A stretch of DNA of 64,000 nucleotides from Cenarchaeum sp. (GTDB lineage: Archaea; Thermoproteota; Nitrososphaeria; Nitrososphaerales; Nitrosopumilaceae), in NCBI GenBank assembly GCA_963693095.2, contig OY843768.1, forward strand, positions 640,001 through 704,000, in the 5' to 3' direction. The position numbers were made by a program, and so were the translations under genes. The notes beneath the pieces are model-generated. The model made no database searches. It was not told the DNA's origin and was given only the letters and a program-made list of their open reading frames with translations. Positions 38,755-48,757 of this stretch are shown here, piece after piece. Position 1 is the first letter of the stretch, and each line of letters starts with the position of its first letter.

Positions 38755-39311
38755 TAGGCGCTCGCCTCCGTTGTGCGCTTGGCCGCCTTGTTAGCGCCGG
38801 CCTTTGCGGCATCGGCCTTCTTTGGTGCGGGCGCAACATCGCTTGCTGCTGCCTCGACCTTTTCGCCCTTGGCAGCAGAGTCCGCTGTGCCCTTGGCAGC
38901 AGAGTCCGCTGTGCCCTTGGCACTGTGCCCTGCCGCCTCGCTCGAACCGCTGTGCCCGCGCGTGGACTCGCCGCGTATGCGCTTCATTCTCCTAGAGTCA
39001 TCAGAGTTTAGCGTCGTGACGACGACATTTGAGGAGTGTATCTCGACGTCAAACTTTTCGCCCTTGCCCTTTTCCTTCTTTACGCCCTCGATTGCGATTC
39101 TGCCCCCGATCGCAAAGACCGAGGAGACCTTGCCCTCGACATCCTTGTACTCGCCGCGAACCACCTTTACCGTGTCGCCCATGACGACCCTTACGCTGCG
39201 CCGCGAGTGTTTTTGGCGCAGGTCTGATGAGAGCGCGGCTCCGAGTTGCCTCGAGCGCACATTGTGCGTTGCCTGCCATATCTGCTTGTTGCGCATCTTT
39301 GAGGGCTTCAT
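38754..39311 (-). CDS. rpl24: Ribosomal protein uL24 with an Ala/Lys-rich tail
   Basis: [23 protein letters not shown]. Confidence 0.95.
   Translation of the reverse strand: MKPSKMRNKQIWQATHNVRSRQLGAALSSDLRQKHSRRSVRVVMGDTVKVVRGEYKDVEGKVSSVFAIGGRIAIEGVKKEKGKGEKFDVEIHSSNVVVTTLNSDDSRRMKRIRGESTRGHSGSSEAAGHSAKGTADSAAKGTADSAAKGEKVEAAASDVAPAPKKADAAKAGANKAAKRTTEASA
38865..38922. repeat. Perfect 24-bp in-frame tandem repeat (about 2.4 copies) in the rpl24 tail
   Basis: gcccttggcagcagagtccgctgt twice plus gcccttggca, encoding AKGTADSA. Confidence 0.9.
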
Positions 39312-39312
39312 G

Positions 39313-39747
39313 TCATGCCACCATCGATGCCAGGTTTGCCAACCTTGGCCACTTTTCTGACGCCTCTGATGCTACCGGCCCCTTTATCTCGGTGCCCTTT
39401 ACCTCGCCCTCCTTTGTCGTGAGGACAGCCGCGTTGTCCTCAAAGGTCACGCGCACGCCATGGAGCCTGCGCACAGGGTACTTTTGCCTGATGATGACGG
39501 CCCCATAGACCTGCTTGCGGAGCTCGGCCGGGCCCTTTTTGACCACAACGTTGACAAAGTCGCCGACGGCCGCAGCCGGCAGCCTCGAGACGCGCGTCTT
39601 TGTCTTTTGGACCATGACTATCTCGAGTATCTTGGCGCCGGTATTGTCGGCACAGACGACCTGTGCGCCTATGGGCAGCGCCCTGGTGACATATGGCCTA
39701 AACTCCTCGACACCGCGCGTCTTGCCGCGGCTGCGACCCTGCGACAA
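39313..39747 (-). CDS. rpl14: Ribosomal protein uL14
   Basis: [25 protein letters not shown]. Confidence 0.97.
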   Translation of the reverse strand: MSQGRSRGKTRGVEEFRPYVTRALPIGAQVVCADNTGAKILEIVMVQKTKTRVSRLPAAAVGDFVNVVVKKGPAELRKQVYGAVIIRQKYPVRRLHGVRVTFEDNAAVLTTKEGEVKGTEIKGPVASEASEKWPRLANLASMVA

Positions 39748-40077
39748 CTAGGGTTTCGCCTCCACTACCACGAACGAGACGGACTTTGAGACCGGCCTGC
39801 ACTCGGCTGCCATGACCTTCATTCCCACGCTGACGTCAATGTTGGATGGCACGTGCGCGTGTATTCGGCTGCGGCTGCGCGCGTACCTCTTGAACTTTGA
39901 TATGTATGCAGGCGTGTCCTTTTCGACCACGACTGTGTTCTTTGCGCTAGATGACACCACAATTCCCTCAAAGAGCCTTCCGCGGATCGGCAGCGTGCCG
40001 TTGAACGGATTCTTCATGTCACCCTCAGTCGGCTCGCGTGGCGGCGCCGATATGTCGAGGCCAATATTGCGCGTCAT
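39748..40077 (-). CDS. rps17: Ribosomal protein uS17
   Basis: RNIGL, PFNG, KFKRY, ECRPVSKSVSF. Confidence 0.96.
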   Translation of the reverse strand: MTRNIGLDISAPPREPTEGDMKNPFNGTLPIRGRLFEGIVVSSSAKNTVVVEKDTPAYISKFKRYARSRSRIHAHVPSNIDVSVGMKVMAAECRPVSKSVSFVVVEAKP

Positions 40078-40337
40078 CTGCGCGCGCCCCTCCTGTCATG
40101 TGGCCTGCCGACGAGAAGTGCCCCGTCAACCTCGACGGCACCTGAGCCGCCCACGTCTATGCTGAGTGAGGATCCCGCCTTTGGAATCCAGCGCGTGCGG
40201 CCGCCGTCACGCAGCGCAATCATTGACATCGTCTCGTCCATTGCGGTTCCGGCAATGCCGACCAACTGCGCATTGGTCGAACGCATTACGCGCATGTTTG
40301 CCCCGATGAGCTCGCGTGCGGCAATGGCAGTAATCAT
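40074..40337 (-). CDS. rnp1: Ribonuclease P protein component 1 (Rpp29/Pop4)
   Basis: ELIG, STN...GIAG..DET, IPK, GRPHDR; canonical position between rpl29 and rps17. Confidence 0.85.
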   Translation of the reverse strand: MITAIAARELIGANMRVMRSTNAQLVGIAGTAMDETMSMIALRDGGRTRWIPKAGSSLSIDVGGSGAVEVDGALLVGRPHDRRGARR

Positions 40338-40537
40338 TGCGATTCCTCCTCGCGGATGCGCGTGAGCATACGCGCTATTGCCCTCCTCATTGGGCGAATC
40401 TTGCCGCTGTCCTTGCGAAGCGTTCCCTTTGAGGAGTCCGTTCGCATCTTTGTCAGCTCGGAGCGCATCTCTAGTATCTTGTGGCGCATGTCCGCCGTGC
40501 TGAGCTTGCGAATCTCCCTCATCTTTGGGCTTCCCAT
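40334..40537 (-). CDS. rpl29: Ribosomal protein uL29
   Basis: EIRKLS, GKIRPMRRAIARMLT. Confidence 0.93.
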   Translation of the reverse strand: MGSPKMREIRKLSTADMRHKILEMRSELTKMRTDSSKGTLRKDSGKIRPMRRAIARMLTRIREEESQ

Positions 40538-41340
40538 CAGGACTCGGCCTCCTTGGCGCCATCCGCACTATGGCCGGAGCTCTTTGCCACCTTGGCATCA
40601 CCGGCGCTCTTTGCCGCCTTGCCGTCACCAGCACCCCTTGCCACCTTGGCATCGCCGGCACCCGAGCCGGCGCTCCTTGCCTCCTTGGGATCAACGCGCG
40701 CCTCCTCGGCCTTTTCGATGCGAATCTTTGGCCTCTTTGCCCCGGCGGACTTCATCTCAAAGCTCTCCCTTGCGCGGTACTCTTCCTCCTTTGCTATGCG
40801 GATGCGAATGCCGATGAGGCCCATGGGCGTCTCGACATGGACAATGTCCTCCTCCACGACGGCATCGGCAAAGGCGCCTGCCCTGGGCAGGACGCCTATT
40901 GTGCGCTTTTCAAAGGCTGACCTGTCCCCGCGAAGCTTGCCAGAGGCCGTTATCTGCACGCCCTTTGCCCCGCCGGCCATGACCTGGCGCATCGTCCACA
41001 TCACGGCCCTGCGAAATGCCGTGCCGCGCTTTATGTGCGAGGCCACCCTGTTGCACATGACTGTCGGCGAGAGCTCTGGCTTTGTGTTCTCCTTTACGGA
41101 GATGCGAGGATCCTTGTAACCAAAGCGCGTGGCAATGTTGTCGGTGAGCCTACGTATGCCCTCGCCCTTGCGGCCAATGACAAGTCCCGGCCTGGTCACG
41201 TGAACAGTTATCGTTGTGCCCGTTGGGCGCGCTTCCACGTCGGCGCCAGAAAATCCGGCATCGCCAATCTCCTCGCGCAAGTATGCCATAAGCTGCAGCG
41301 TGTTATAGTTGTCACGTATGGCGTTCTTTGTGGATGACAT
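40537..41340 (-). CDS. rps3: Ribosomal protein uS3 with a repetitive tail
   Basis: [20 protein letters not shown]. Confidence 0.96.
   Translation of the reverse strand: MSSTKNAIRDNYNTLQLMAYLREEIGDAGFSGADVEARPTGTTITVHVTRPGLVIGRKGEGIRRLTDNIATRFGYKDPRISVKENTKPELSPTVMCNRVASHIKRGTAFRRAVMWTMRQVMAGGAKGVQITASGKLRGDRSAFEKRTIGVLPRAGAFADAVVEEDIVHVETPMGLIGIRIRIAKEEEYRARESFEMKSAGAKRPKIRIEKAEEARVDPKEARSAGSGAGDAKVARGAGDGKAAKSAGDAKVAKSSGHSADGAKEAES
40580..40660. repeat. Three degenerate 27-bp in-frame repeats in the rps3 tail
   Basis: Encodes AGDAKVARG / AGDGKAAKS / AGDAKVAKS. Confidence 0.85.
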
Positions 41341-41342
41341 GA

Positions 41343-41798
41343 CTATATCTCCTGGGCCACCAGCTCGACATGCGTGAGCGTATTGTTCTTTGGCGATGCC
41401 CTTCCAAAAGCGCGTGGGGTAAAGCGCTCTATTACCATTCCCTTGTGGACAGTCGCGCCGACTATGCGGAGCCTGTCAAGGTCCATCCCCTTGTACTCGG
41501 CGTTTGCCTCGAGGTTGTCAAGGAGGCGGATAAACTCCGCTGCTGCCTTTACGGGATAGCGTCCGGCCATGACTCCGGGATCTGACTTGTGGCCCACCTG
41601 CCTCTTGTAGCGGCGCATCGGCACTGCACGCTCTAGCCTTGTGACTGCCTGCAGGTAGTCGCGCGCGGCCTCTAGTGTGAGCTTTTTGATGCTGACTGCT
41701 ATCTCGCGCGCATGCTTGTGCGATATCTGCCTCTCGCGCATTGCGGCGCGCACGTGGCGCGTCTCGTCATAGCCCTGGAATGAGTAACCGTACGCCAT
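41343..41798 (-). CDS. rpl22: Ribosomal protein uL22
   Basis: [30 protein letters not shown]. Confidence 0.96.
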   Translation of the reverse strand: MAYGYSFQGYDETRHVRAAMRERQISHKHAREIAVSIKKLTLEAARDYLQAVTRLERAVPMRRYKRQVGHKSDPGVMAGRYPVKAAAEFIRLLDNLEANAEYKGMDLDRLRIVGATVHKGMVIERFTPRAFGRASPKNNTLTHVELVAQEI

Positions 41799-41803
41799 GT
41801 CAA

Positions 41804-42199
41804 TCACTTTAGAGGCACATAGAGGCTTGACCTCGACGCCCCCACGCCCGGCGCTCCGTGGTTTACGCGCTTGTTTGTAACAACGAACTCGCCAAGATAG
41901 CGGCCTATCATCTCGGGCACAATGGTGACCTCGCGAAACTCCTTGCCAGAAAAGACGCTCACCTTTGCGCCGACCATGTATGGCAGGACGATGAGATCCC
42001 TGACATGGGTCCGGATCGAGCCACGCGCCTCCCCTGCGCGGGCGGCCTTTATCTCCTGGGTCAGCTTGCGCTTGCCGTCTGTGAGGCCCCGCGAGAGGGA
42101 TCTTCGCTGCCTAGCCGTAAACAGGCCAAACCAGCTCTCCGAGGGCATTGCCTCTAGCTCCTGCAGCGGAATTCCCCTATAGTCGAACTTTTTTACCAT
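41804..42199 (-). CDS. rps19: Ribosomal protein uS19
   Basis: FDYRG, RTHVRD, PEMIGRYLGEF, HGAPGVGA. Confidence 0.96.
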   Translation of the reverse strand: MVKKFDYRGIPLQELEAMPSESWFGLFTARQRRSLSRGLTDGKRKLTQEIKAARAGEARGSIRTHVRDLIVLPYMVGAKVSVFSGKEFREVTIVPEMIGRYLGEFVVTNKRVNHGAPGVGASRSSLYVPLK

Positions 42200-42238
42200 T
42201 GCTGGCTGCCTCTGAGGGGGGTTTCACGCGTGGCCATA

Positions 42239-42505
42239 TTAGAGCATTCCTATTTTTGTGGCCAGATCGCGCGCTTTATCGGCCGTCTCGAACTTTACGA
42301 ACGCCTTTTTGCCGTATATCGTGCGAGTCGTGTTGACGCCCACGGCCTTTTGGCCATAGAGCTCGCCTATGGCCTCGACGACTTGCGCCTTGGTCGCGGA
42401 CCTCTCCACGATAAAGCAGACCTTTGCCTCCTTTTCGACCATCGCAAAGGTCTTCTCGGTGATGTACGGGCGAATGACCGTGGCTGCTGCCTCCTCGGCG
42501 TTCAA
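42239..42505 (-). CDS. rpl23: Ribosomal protein uL23
   Basis: PYITEKT, ATKAQV, VNT, GKKAFVK. Confidence 0.94.
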   Translation of the reverse strand: MNAEEAAATVIRPYITEKTFAMVEKEAKVCFIVERSATKAQVVEAIGELYGQKAVGVNTTRTIYGKKAFVKFETADKARDLATKIGML

Positions 42506-43317
42506 CGCTGAACCTCCATGGCCTCTAGGTGCGGCGTGGCGATCTTTGATATCTCGCCTATCGCCGACTCGGTATAGACGGTGAGCCTTATCGGTGAGGC
42601 GCCTGGTGCGAGATCCAGCACGCTGAGGTCGCGTGCGCGGCAGACATCCACGCCCGGAACCGATCCGCATGCCCTGGAGAGCGCGTCGTCGTTTCCGGTC
42701 ACAAAGAGGACACTCTTGCCGACCTTTTTTGTTCGTCCGCGCAGGGCCGGCTTGCCGCTACGTCGTCCCCTTGCGAGGAGGCGCTCGACGTCCGGATAGA
42801 GGCCGAGTGCGCCAAGGAGCGCAGTGACGCCCTTTGCAGTCGACGTCTTTTCAACGTCGTCGCTGACAACAATTGGCAGGTTGGCCCCCTCTGGAACGCG
42901 GTGCCCGCGCGCCACGACTAGCGCCCTGTCCGCAGTTGCCGCAATCGCCGAGCATAGGGCGAGCCTGCGCTCCTTGCGGTTTATCCTCTTGTGTATGCGC
43001 CGCTCGGCCTTTGGCGGGTGTGCCTGCCTTCCGCCGCGAACCGACGCGACGCCGGCGGCCTCGCCCTGGCGCCTCCCGCCACTGGTGCGGATTCGCGCAA
43101 TCCTTGCCTGCCCGTGGCCAGTTGGCGGGTCAGCCGACCTTGCCACGACGTCCATGCCCGCAGTCGGGTGGGTCCCCTTTGGCTGAAAGTGGTGCGTGTT
43201 CATTATCGTGTATGCGCGCATTATGATGTCGTTGCGCACGGGCGTCTCAAAGACGCGCGGGAGCTCGACCTTTCCGCCGCCAGACCCGTCAGGCTTTACA
43301 ACTGCAACGCTTGTCAT
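42502..43317 (-). CDS. rpl4: Ribosomal protein uL4
   Basis: LPRVF, GHGQARIAR, GGRQAHPPK, LAPG. Confidence 0.96.
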   Translation of the reverse strand: MTSVAVVKPDGSGGGKVELPRVFETPVRNDIIMRAYTIMNTHHFQPKGTHPTAGMDVVARSADPPTGHGQARIARIRTSGGRRQGEAAGVASVRGGRQAHPPKAERRIHKRINRKERRLALCSAIAATADRALVVARGHRVPEGANLPIVVSDDVEKTSTAKGVTALLGALGLYPDVERLLARGRRSGKPALRGRTKKVGKSVLFVTGNDDALSRACGSVPGVDVCRARDLSVLDLAPGASPIRLTVYTESAIGEISKIATPHLEAMEVQR

Positions 43318-44300
43318 GTGATTACCTCCAGGACGTTTGGCTTGGCGACCTTTGCTGCCGCGGCGCGCAACGGCGCCCTGAGCTTTATGAGCCTGCGCGG
43401 CGTTCCGGGAACAGAGCCCATCAGCACGACATAGTCTCCCTTTACGTTGCCGAAGCGAAGGTGGCCGCCTGCGGGGTTTATCGGATCATCGTCTCCTGCG
43501 CTGCCCATGATCATTATGCGCTTGTTGTACTCTACACGCTGGTGCGAGCCCATCTGGCCGGGGCGCGGGACGGTATACATGACATACTGGGGAGATATTG
43601 GCCCGAGCGAGCCGAGCTCCCTGACGCTCTTTCTTGACTTGTGCTGCTTTCGCTTTGCGCCGTATCGCTTTATGACGCTCTGCCATCCCTTGCCGCGCGT
43701 TATGGCCGCAACGTCGACGGTGGCACCGGTCTCAAAGACCCTGTCGACGCCGACCTCCTTGCCGAGGAGCCCGGAGACATACTCGAACTGTGCTGGCACG
43801 TCACCTCCGCCTATTGCGGCCTCAAAGATGTATGGCGTCTTTTGTCCGGTGCCCACGTCCTCCGGGGTCACTGCGAGTATCGCAAACATCTTGCTTATTT
43901 TGCCAAGCGACGACTTTGCCGCCTCTAGTGCGCCCTCGGCGCTCTTGAACGCAGCATGCTTGGAGATTTTTTTGGGAATGTCCTTTGCGTAAACGTCAAA
44001 CTCGGCATGATGGCCATCATGGTCCTGCGAGTAGCCCCTCACGCCAATGACTGTTGCCGGTGGCGTCACGATGACGGTTCCAACGCTGACTAGCTGCTTG
44101 CCGTGGTTTGGCGTGTGCTCGCGATCATCAATGCTGACGACTCGCACGCATCCGGCCTTGAATCCGGCATGGGCCAGCATGCGCGGCTCGCCGTTAACGG
44201 TGGGCCATGTGCGAATCCTGGCCTCCATAGTCCCGGCGCGCTTTCGCGGCAGGTATGCGAGGCTGCCCCTGCGCGGCTGACTGTGCTTTCTGTGGCCCAT
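43314..44300 (-). CDS. rpl3: Ribosomal protein uL3
   Basis: PRRGSLAYLPRKR, GFKAG, TRGKG, GQMG, GSVPG. Confidence 0.97.
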   Translation of the reverse strand: MGHRKHSQPRRGSLAYLPRKRAGTMEARIRTWPTVNGEPRMLAHAGFKAGCVRVVSIDDREHTPNHGKQLVSVGTVIVTPPATVIGVRGYSQDHDGHHAEFDVYAKDIPKKISKHAAFKSAEGALEAAKSSLGKISKMFAILAVTPEDVGTGQKTPYIFEAAIGGGDVPAQFEYVSGLLGKEVGVDRVFETGATVDVAAITRGKGWQSVIKRYGAKRKQHKSRKSVRELGSLGPISPQYVMYTVPRPGQMGSHQRVEYNKRIMIMGSAGDDDPINPAGGHLRFGNVKGDYVVLMGSVPGTPRRLIKLRAPLRAAAAKVAKPNVLEVIT

Positions 44301-44603
44301 TTGGGCAGGACCCACATTCTGCCCCTTTTAACTATTATTGGCTAGCCGGTGTATGGGGCCAGCAGACGCCTGCCATTTTGGCCAAATGGGCGCGATCTTG
44401 CCAATCCGCTTGGCCGCAGGGGCGCCGCGCTGTGCGCACTGCCATGCGGCACATGTGCTGCCATTAACCTCGAGTCGCACGCACAATGGCCACAAAGCCC
44501 GGGTCATTCCACAAGTGCGGCGATGGCAATCCACAAAAATGCCCCGCCGGCGGCAATGCCCGCACCGCCTGCGGCCATGGCGAGCACGAGGCGCCTGCGT
44601 GCC

Positions 44604-45422
44604 CTATGCACTGTCACCACCGCCGGGTGCCGCATCAAGTATGGCCAGCGTGCCGAGGATCGCCTCCTCGAGCCTGACGGTGGCCGTGCGCTGGTTTGGA
44701 AAAAAGTTGACCATTTTCGCGTTTTGCACCCGTGCGGCCTGTGAGCCAAGAATCTGTGGAAGGCCCCTGTCAGCGGATCCAAAGACGACTAGCGTATTGC
44801 CGTTGCGTGCCCTGCGCGCCGCTCCCGCACCGCCGGGCTTGCCGCGCCGCGACGTGAGTATGACCGGACCGTTCCATGAGCGCAGCAGATCAATGAGGCT
44901 AGAGCGCGCAAGCACGCCATATCCCCAGTAGCCCGGCGCCTCTTCGGCGCTTACCTCCTTTGATGCGAGCTCGGGCGGGCCGGACTTTAGGCGAACCGTG
45001 ACGCGCGAGCCGGCGCGCTTGTCCCCGCGATACGCAAGGGACCGGCCGAGTCCAACGTCGACGACCTTTGATCCGCGCACGACGGCCACGACACCCTCGC
45101 GAACGTCACCTGCCCTGACGTCGCGCACATGGCGCGCGACTGTGTGGCTTGGAATCTGCAGTGGGTGCATGACGCCGACGTGGCGGAGTGCGTCGATCCT
45201 CGGATAGAGGACGCGGCGCAGGTACTGCGGGGTCTCGGCATAGCGCAACAGGCTCACAAGAAACGACGCGTCCTCGCGCGATGCGCGATCGCCATACACG
45301 TACACCTCCATGACCCCAAATATCGCGCACGCGCGGGCGATCGAGGATGCCTTTCTGGTCTTGGACTCGCGTGTCGGCTCATCGGATATGGCCGAGTCCG
45401 GTATGGCCACTGAAAGTGTCAT
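44604..45422 (-). CDS. SPOUT RNA methyltransferase (C9orf114/MTH1-like)
   Basis: SVAIPDS, IARACAIF, ETPQYLR, LQIPSH, YWGY, PNQRTATVRLEEA. Confidence 0.92.
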   Translation of the reverse strand: MTLSVAIPDSAISDEPTRESKTRKASSIARACAIFGVMEVYVYGDRASREDASFLVSLLRYAETPQYLRRVLYPRIDALRHVGVMHPLQIPSHTVARHVRDVRAGDVREGVVAVVRGSKVVDVGLGRSLAYRGDKRAGSRVTVRLKSGPPELASKEVSAEEAPGYWGYGVLARSSLIDLLRSWNGPVILTSRRGKPGGAGAARRARNGNTLVVFGSADRGLPQILGSQAARVQNAKMVNFFPNQRTATVRLEEAILGTLAILDAAPGGGDSA

Positions 45423-45464
45423 GTCGCACGTGCTCCACGCGCCGCAATAAAAGGAATGTGGGCA

Positions 45465-46208
45465 CTATGTGCCGGCACTGTCGACATATGCGGTCTTTGC
45501 CGCCTTTGTGATGGACTCCACGTCCGCATCCGAGACTATCTCAAAGGTGCGCGTGCTCGCAGACACGCGGGCCATCCTGATGCGGCTGCCCTTGTCGGCG
45601 TCGCTGCGCGACATCTGTATTGCCGCCGCTGCGAGCTTTGTGGCATCATCGAGCCCCATGTCAGCACTGTAGGCCTTTTCGAGGAATTTTGTGACGTCGT
45701 CAGTTCCTGCGCCGATGGCCACGGCGTCATACGATATGTACGTCCCGCTCGGGTCAGTCAGGAACAGCCTGCCTGCCCCGTCGCCGTCGACTCCGGCGAG
45801 TATGAGCGCGACTCCAAACGGCCTCACGCCGGCAAACTGCGTAAACTGCTGCGCCTGGTCGGCGATGTGCCTGGCGACTGTCTCGACGTCGACGTCCTCG
45901 TCGTATATGAGGCGGTTGCTCTGCGAAAAGAACCTTGCATTGTCAACCTGGCTCCTGGCGTCAGGAATGTATCCGGCTGCGGCAACGCCGATATGGCCGT
46001 CGACCTGGAATATCTTTTGGAGCCTGTCTGATATCTGGAGCTTGCGCGAGCTCTCCTCGACTCCGATCACGATTCCCTCACGCGACTTTACGCCCACTGC
46101 GATCGTGCCACGCCTGACTGTCTCGATGGCGTACTCGACCTGGTATAGGCGCCCGTCAGGCGAGAATACGGTTATGGCCCTGTCATAGCCCTGCTGCGCT
46201 GGAAGCAA
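45465..46208 (-). CDS. psmA: Proteasome subunit alpha
   Basis: GYDRAITVFSPDGRLYQVEYA, RPFGV, TDPSG. Confidence 0.97.
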   Translation of the reverse strand: MLPAQQGYDRAITVFSPDGRLYQVEYAIETVRRGTIAVGVKSREGIVIGVEESSRKLQISDRLQKIFQVDGHIGVAAAGYIPDARSQVDNARFFSQSNRLIYDEDVDVETVARHIADQAQQFTQFAGVRPFGVALILAGVDGDGAGRLFLTDPSGTYISYDAVAIGAGTDDVTKFLEKAYSADMGLDDATKLAAAAIQMSRSDADKGSRIRMARVSASTRTFEIVSDADVESITKAAKTAYVDSAGT

Positions 46209-46260
46209 TGCGGCACGCCCGATTAACGTTTAATTTAAGTCATGCCGCACTCGTGGGCCA

Positions 46261-46677
46261 TTGAGGTTTGAGATCGAGTTTTTTGGGCACGAGAACGTGC
46301 GTGCGCTGCATGAAAAGACCATAGAGGTCACGCGCGATGGAGCGCTCACGCCCGCGGGGGACTGCGTCGTCGGCGTGGGGGCATCGTGCGCGTGCTCTGG
46401 CCTGCCTGATGCGCTAAAGGCGCGCCTGCGCGACGCCTCAGCCGAGGTGAGAGTCGAGATCGCAGTGGACAGCATGGCCTTTGCCGTGCGGGGCAGGGGT
46501 GACCCCTCCCTGGCCCTGAGTGACACGCGCGACATTGTCGTGCGAAAGAGCTCGTACGCATGCCCGCGCACGCTTGCAGTCAGGTGCGATGCGGCCTCTG
46601 ACTCGATGCCCCGCGAGATGGTCCGCGCGCTGCGCGAGGCCGGCACGCGAGCGACGCTCTCAATCGAGGTTTGCTAG
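46261..46677 (+). CDS. DUF371-family protein
   Basis: GHENVRALHEKTIEVTRD..LTPAGDCVVG, VVRKS. Confidence 0.9.
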   Translation: MRFEIEFFGHENVRALHEKTIEVTRDGALTPAGDCVVGVGASCACSGLPDALKARLRDASAEVRVEIAVDSMAFAVRGRGDPSLALSDTRDIVVRKSSYACPRTLAVRCDAASDSMPREMVRALREAGTRATLSIEVC

Positions 46678-46715
46678 GTCAGACTTATAGCCCACATGGG
46701 CGCCTATGGGGCACG

Positions 46716-46838
46716 ATGAGCCCGTTTCTCTCAAAGGTTCTAGTCATAGTGCCCCTGGCAATAATGGCCGGCGTCATATTCGGGTTTGGCATATACAACA
46801 CGCTCTGCAAAAACTCCAACATCGAGCTGGGCTGCTAG
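46716..46838 (+). CDS. 40-aa single-TM protein (absent from ORF track)
   Basis: MSPFLSKVLVIVPLAIMAGVIFGFGIYNTLCKNSNIELGC; TTATA box about 30 bp upstream. Confidence 0.7.
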   Translation: MSPFLSKVLVIVPLAIMAGVIFGFGIYNTLCKNSNIELGC

Positions 46839-46862
46839 GGCGCCCTGTCCTGCTTTTGGGCC

Positions 46863-47240
46863 GTGGCGCACCGCGATCCTAATAAGCGCCGACGGCATGG
46901 CCGGGGCATGAGGCCGCGAATAGACGCCGAGCTTGGCGGGGAGGCGACTGACGAGCAGCTCGCCGAGATGCGCGAGTGTCTGCGCGAGATGCCAGTCTCT
47001 GAGGCCCTCGCGGGCCTGCGATTTGCCCGGCGTAGGTGGGAGTCAAAGGACTCGGGCACGCTTCGCGTGGGCCGCAAGAGCATCGTGCAAAGGGAAGTTC
47101 ACTCTGTCACCGCCGAGCAGGCAAGGTGGCGCCTGGACAACTGGAGGCTCATGGTGACCAACTATCGAAGGCGCGGATACAGCTATCCTACGATCAGCCG
47201 CATAAAAAAAGAGCTTGCGGTACGTGCCGACAAACCCTAG
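46863..47240 (+). CDS. Hypothetical protein
   Basis: Clean ORF ending NYRRRGYSYPTISRIKK (HTH-like). Confidence 0.75.
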   Translation: MAHRDPNKRRRHGRGMRPRIDAELGGEATDEQLAEMRECLREMPVSEALAGLRFARRRWESKDSGTLRVGRKSIVQREVHSVTAEQARWRLDNWRLMVTNYRRRGYSYPTISRIKKELAVRADKP

Positions 47241-47743
47241 GGCTTGCGGCCGCCGGTTATGCCCGATGCGTGATCCCACGTTGAATAGTATGTCGGCTCT
47301 ATCTCTATGAGCACGGACTGGCCGCCCTTTACGCCATCTAGCAGTGCGGCCGCAATGTCATTGTCAAGGCTTCCTGTGTACTTTAGCATGATTCTCTCGG
47401 CTATGGGCAGTGCCATGCCAATGTCCTCATGCAGCGTCGCGATGCCCTTGCCGCGAACTCCCCTGTACGGGACGCGCTCGTCATCGACGCAAAAGTACAC
47501 GCGTGGCCTCCTCCTGATGTTGGCCACCTTTTTGGACGCCCTTGCGGCATCGATGTAGAGCCTTTCGCGCTCATAGACATACCACACGGGATGGACGTTG
47601 GCATCACCGTCAGCATCAATGGTGCCAAGCTGCAAGTTTAGCTTGCTCTTTTCCAAAAATTCAATGGCCTGCCCCTCCTGGAGGGCATCGCCGAATCCGG
47701 GGCTTGCGTGATATATCCTCAAGTCTGCGCGCGTTGCGCACAA
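47237..47743 (-). CDS. Pyridoxamine 5'-phosphate oxidase-like (FMN/F420 split-barrel) protein
   Basis: LGTIDADG...HPVWY, SKKVANIRRRPRV, GVRGKG, STWD. Confidence 0.88.
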   Translation of the reverse strand: MCATRADLRIYHASPGFGDALQEGQAIEFLEKSKLNLQLGTIDADGDANVHPVWYVYERERLYIDAARASKKVANIRRRPRVYFCVDDERVPYRGVRGKGIATLHEDIGMALPIAERIMLKYTGSLDNDIAAALLDGVKGGQSVLIEIEPTYYSTWDHASGITGGRKP

Positions 47744-47989
47744 CGGGTTTTAAAACACTTTGTGGGCATGTCGGCCACCACGGATGCGCTATGGCGGGAT
47801 TGACCCCATGGGGTGCCTTGGCCACGGCAGGCTCCCGTGGGCCGGCAGTGTGGCCATGTTGGAAGGGGCAGCGCATTGCCCATGTGCTGGTCTTGTGCCG
47901 TGCAGGAGGTGGGGGTGAGCGCCTGTGCCCATGCGCGCAATGGATCGGCACATTGTTCAGAACCCGCACACGCACCGCACGGAAAGATC

Positions 47990-48676
47990 CTATGTGTAGA
48001 CCTGTTTGTCAGAGATTACGTCCTGCTTTAGGTCCACAGGAGGCGTCGGCAACCTCTCTGCCTGCGTGGGCACAATGTCTAGCCCCGGCGGCGTCGGCAG
48101 CCTTGCAACCGTGTCCCGCTCTAGTGCGGCGCGCGCCTCGTCAAGTATTGCGTTGGCCTCGGGGTTTGACTGCGCACTCTCCGGCACAAGGCCGGTTCCC
48201 ACAGAGGCACCCTCCAGTATGTCCCTCATGGACTGCTCAAAGTCGCCAAGTGACTCACTGACGTTTGGCATCATGCTCCCTATGCCCGGCGCGATATCCT
48301 TGATGAGTGCCATGCACGGGCTAAGCGTGACTACAATGTCGCCATACTCGGCCACCGTGCCCAGGCGCGTTCGCACGCCTTCGACTGCATTTTGCGCATT
48401 TCTTATCACATTGCGCATCCTCCTGATCTCGGCGAGCTCTTGCGCATATCCCCTGGCGTATCCGATGTTGCCGGCACGCTGCGCCTCGGCTATCTTTAGC
48501 AGCATGGCCGCATCCCTCTTTTTTAGCGTGTCCTGTATCCCGTCAAGGCGCGCTATCTGCGTCTCGAGCCTTTTTTGGGCAGTGTCGATCCGCGTCTTTA
48601 GCGGAACCTCTGGGCGAATGCCCCTGAGTATCCTTTGTGAGAGGTTTGCACCACCGTTTGACCAGCCCGGGATCAA
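47990..48676 (-). CDS. ESCRT-III/Snf7 (CdvB-family) paralog
   Basis: PLKTRI, YAQELAEIR, RLGTVAEYGDIVVTLSP, AILDEA, LPTPP. Confidence 0.9.
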   Translation of the reverse strand: MIPGWSNGGANLSQRILRGIRPEVPLKTRIDTAQKRLETQIARLDGIQDTLKKRDAAMLLKIAEAQRAGNIGYARGYAQELAEIRRMRNVIRNAQNAVEGVRTRLGTVAEYGDIVVTLSPCMALIKDIAPGIGSMMPNVSESLGDFEQSMRDILEGASVGTGLVPESAQSNPEANAILDEARAALERDTVARLPTPPGLDIVPTQAERLPTPPVDLKQDVISDKQVYT

Positions 48677-48757
48677 TATACATGAATGCGCAAAACCCGC
48701 CTTTAAAGAGCCATGTCACCGCGCATCGCGTCACCGTGGTGACATGGGCGGCGGATA

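Noticed and set aside
36401-44300. Missing rpl2 and cluster ending at rpl6 interpreted as gene loss
   Set aside because: As I recall, this split arrangement is normal in Nitrososphaerota, with those genes encoded elsewhere.
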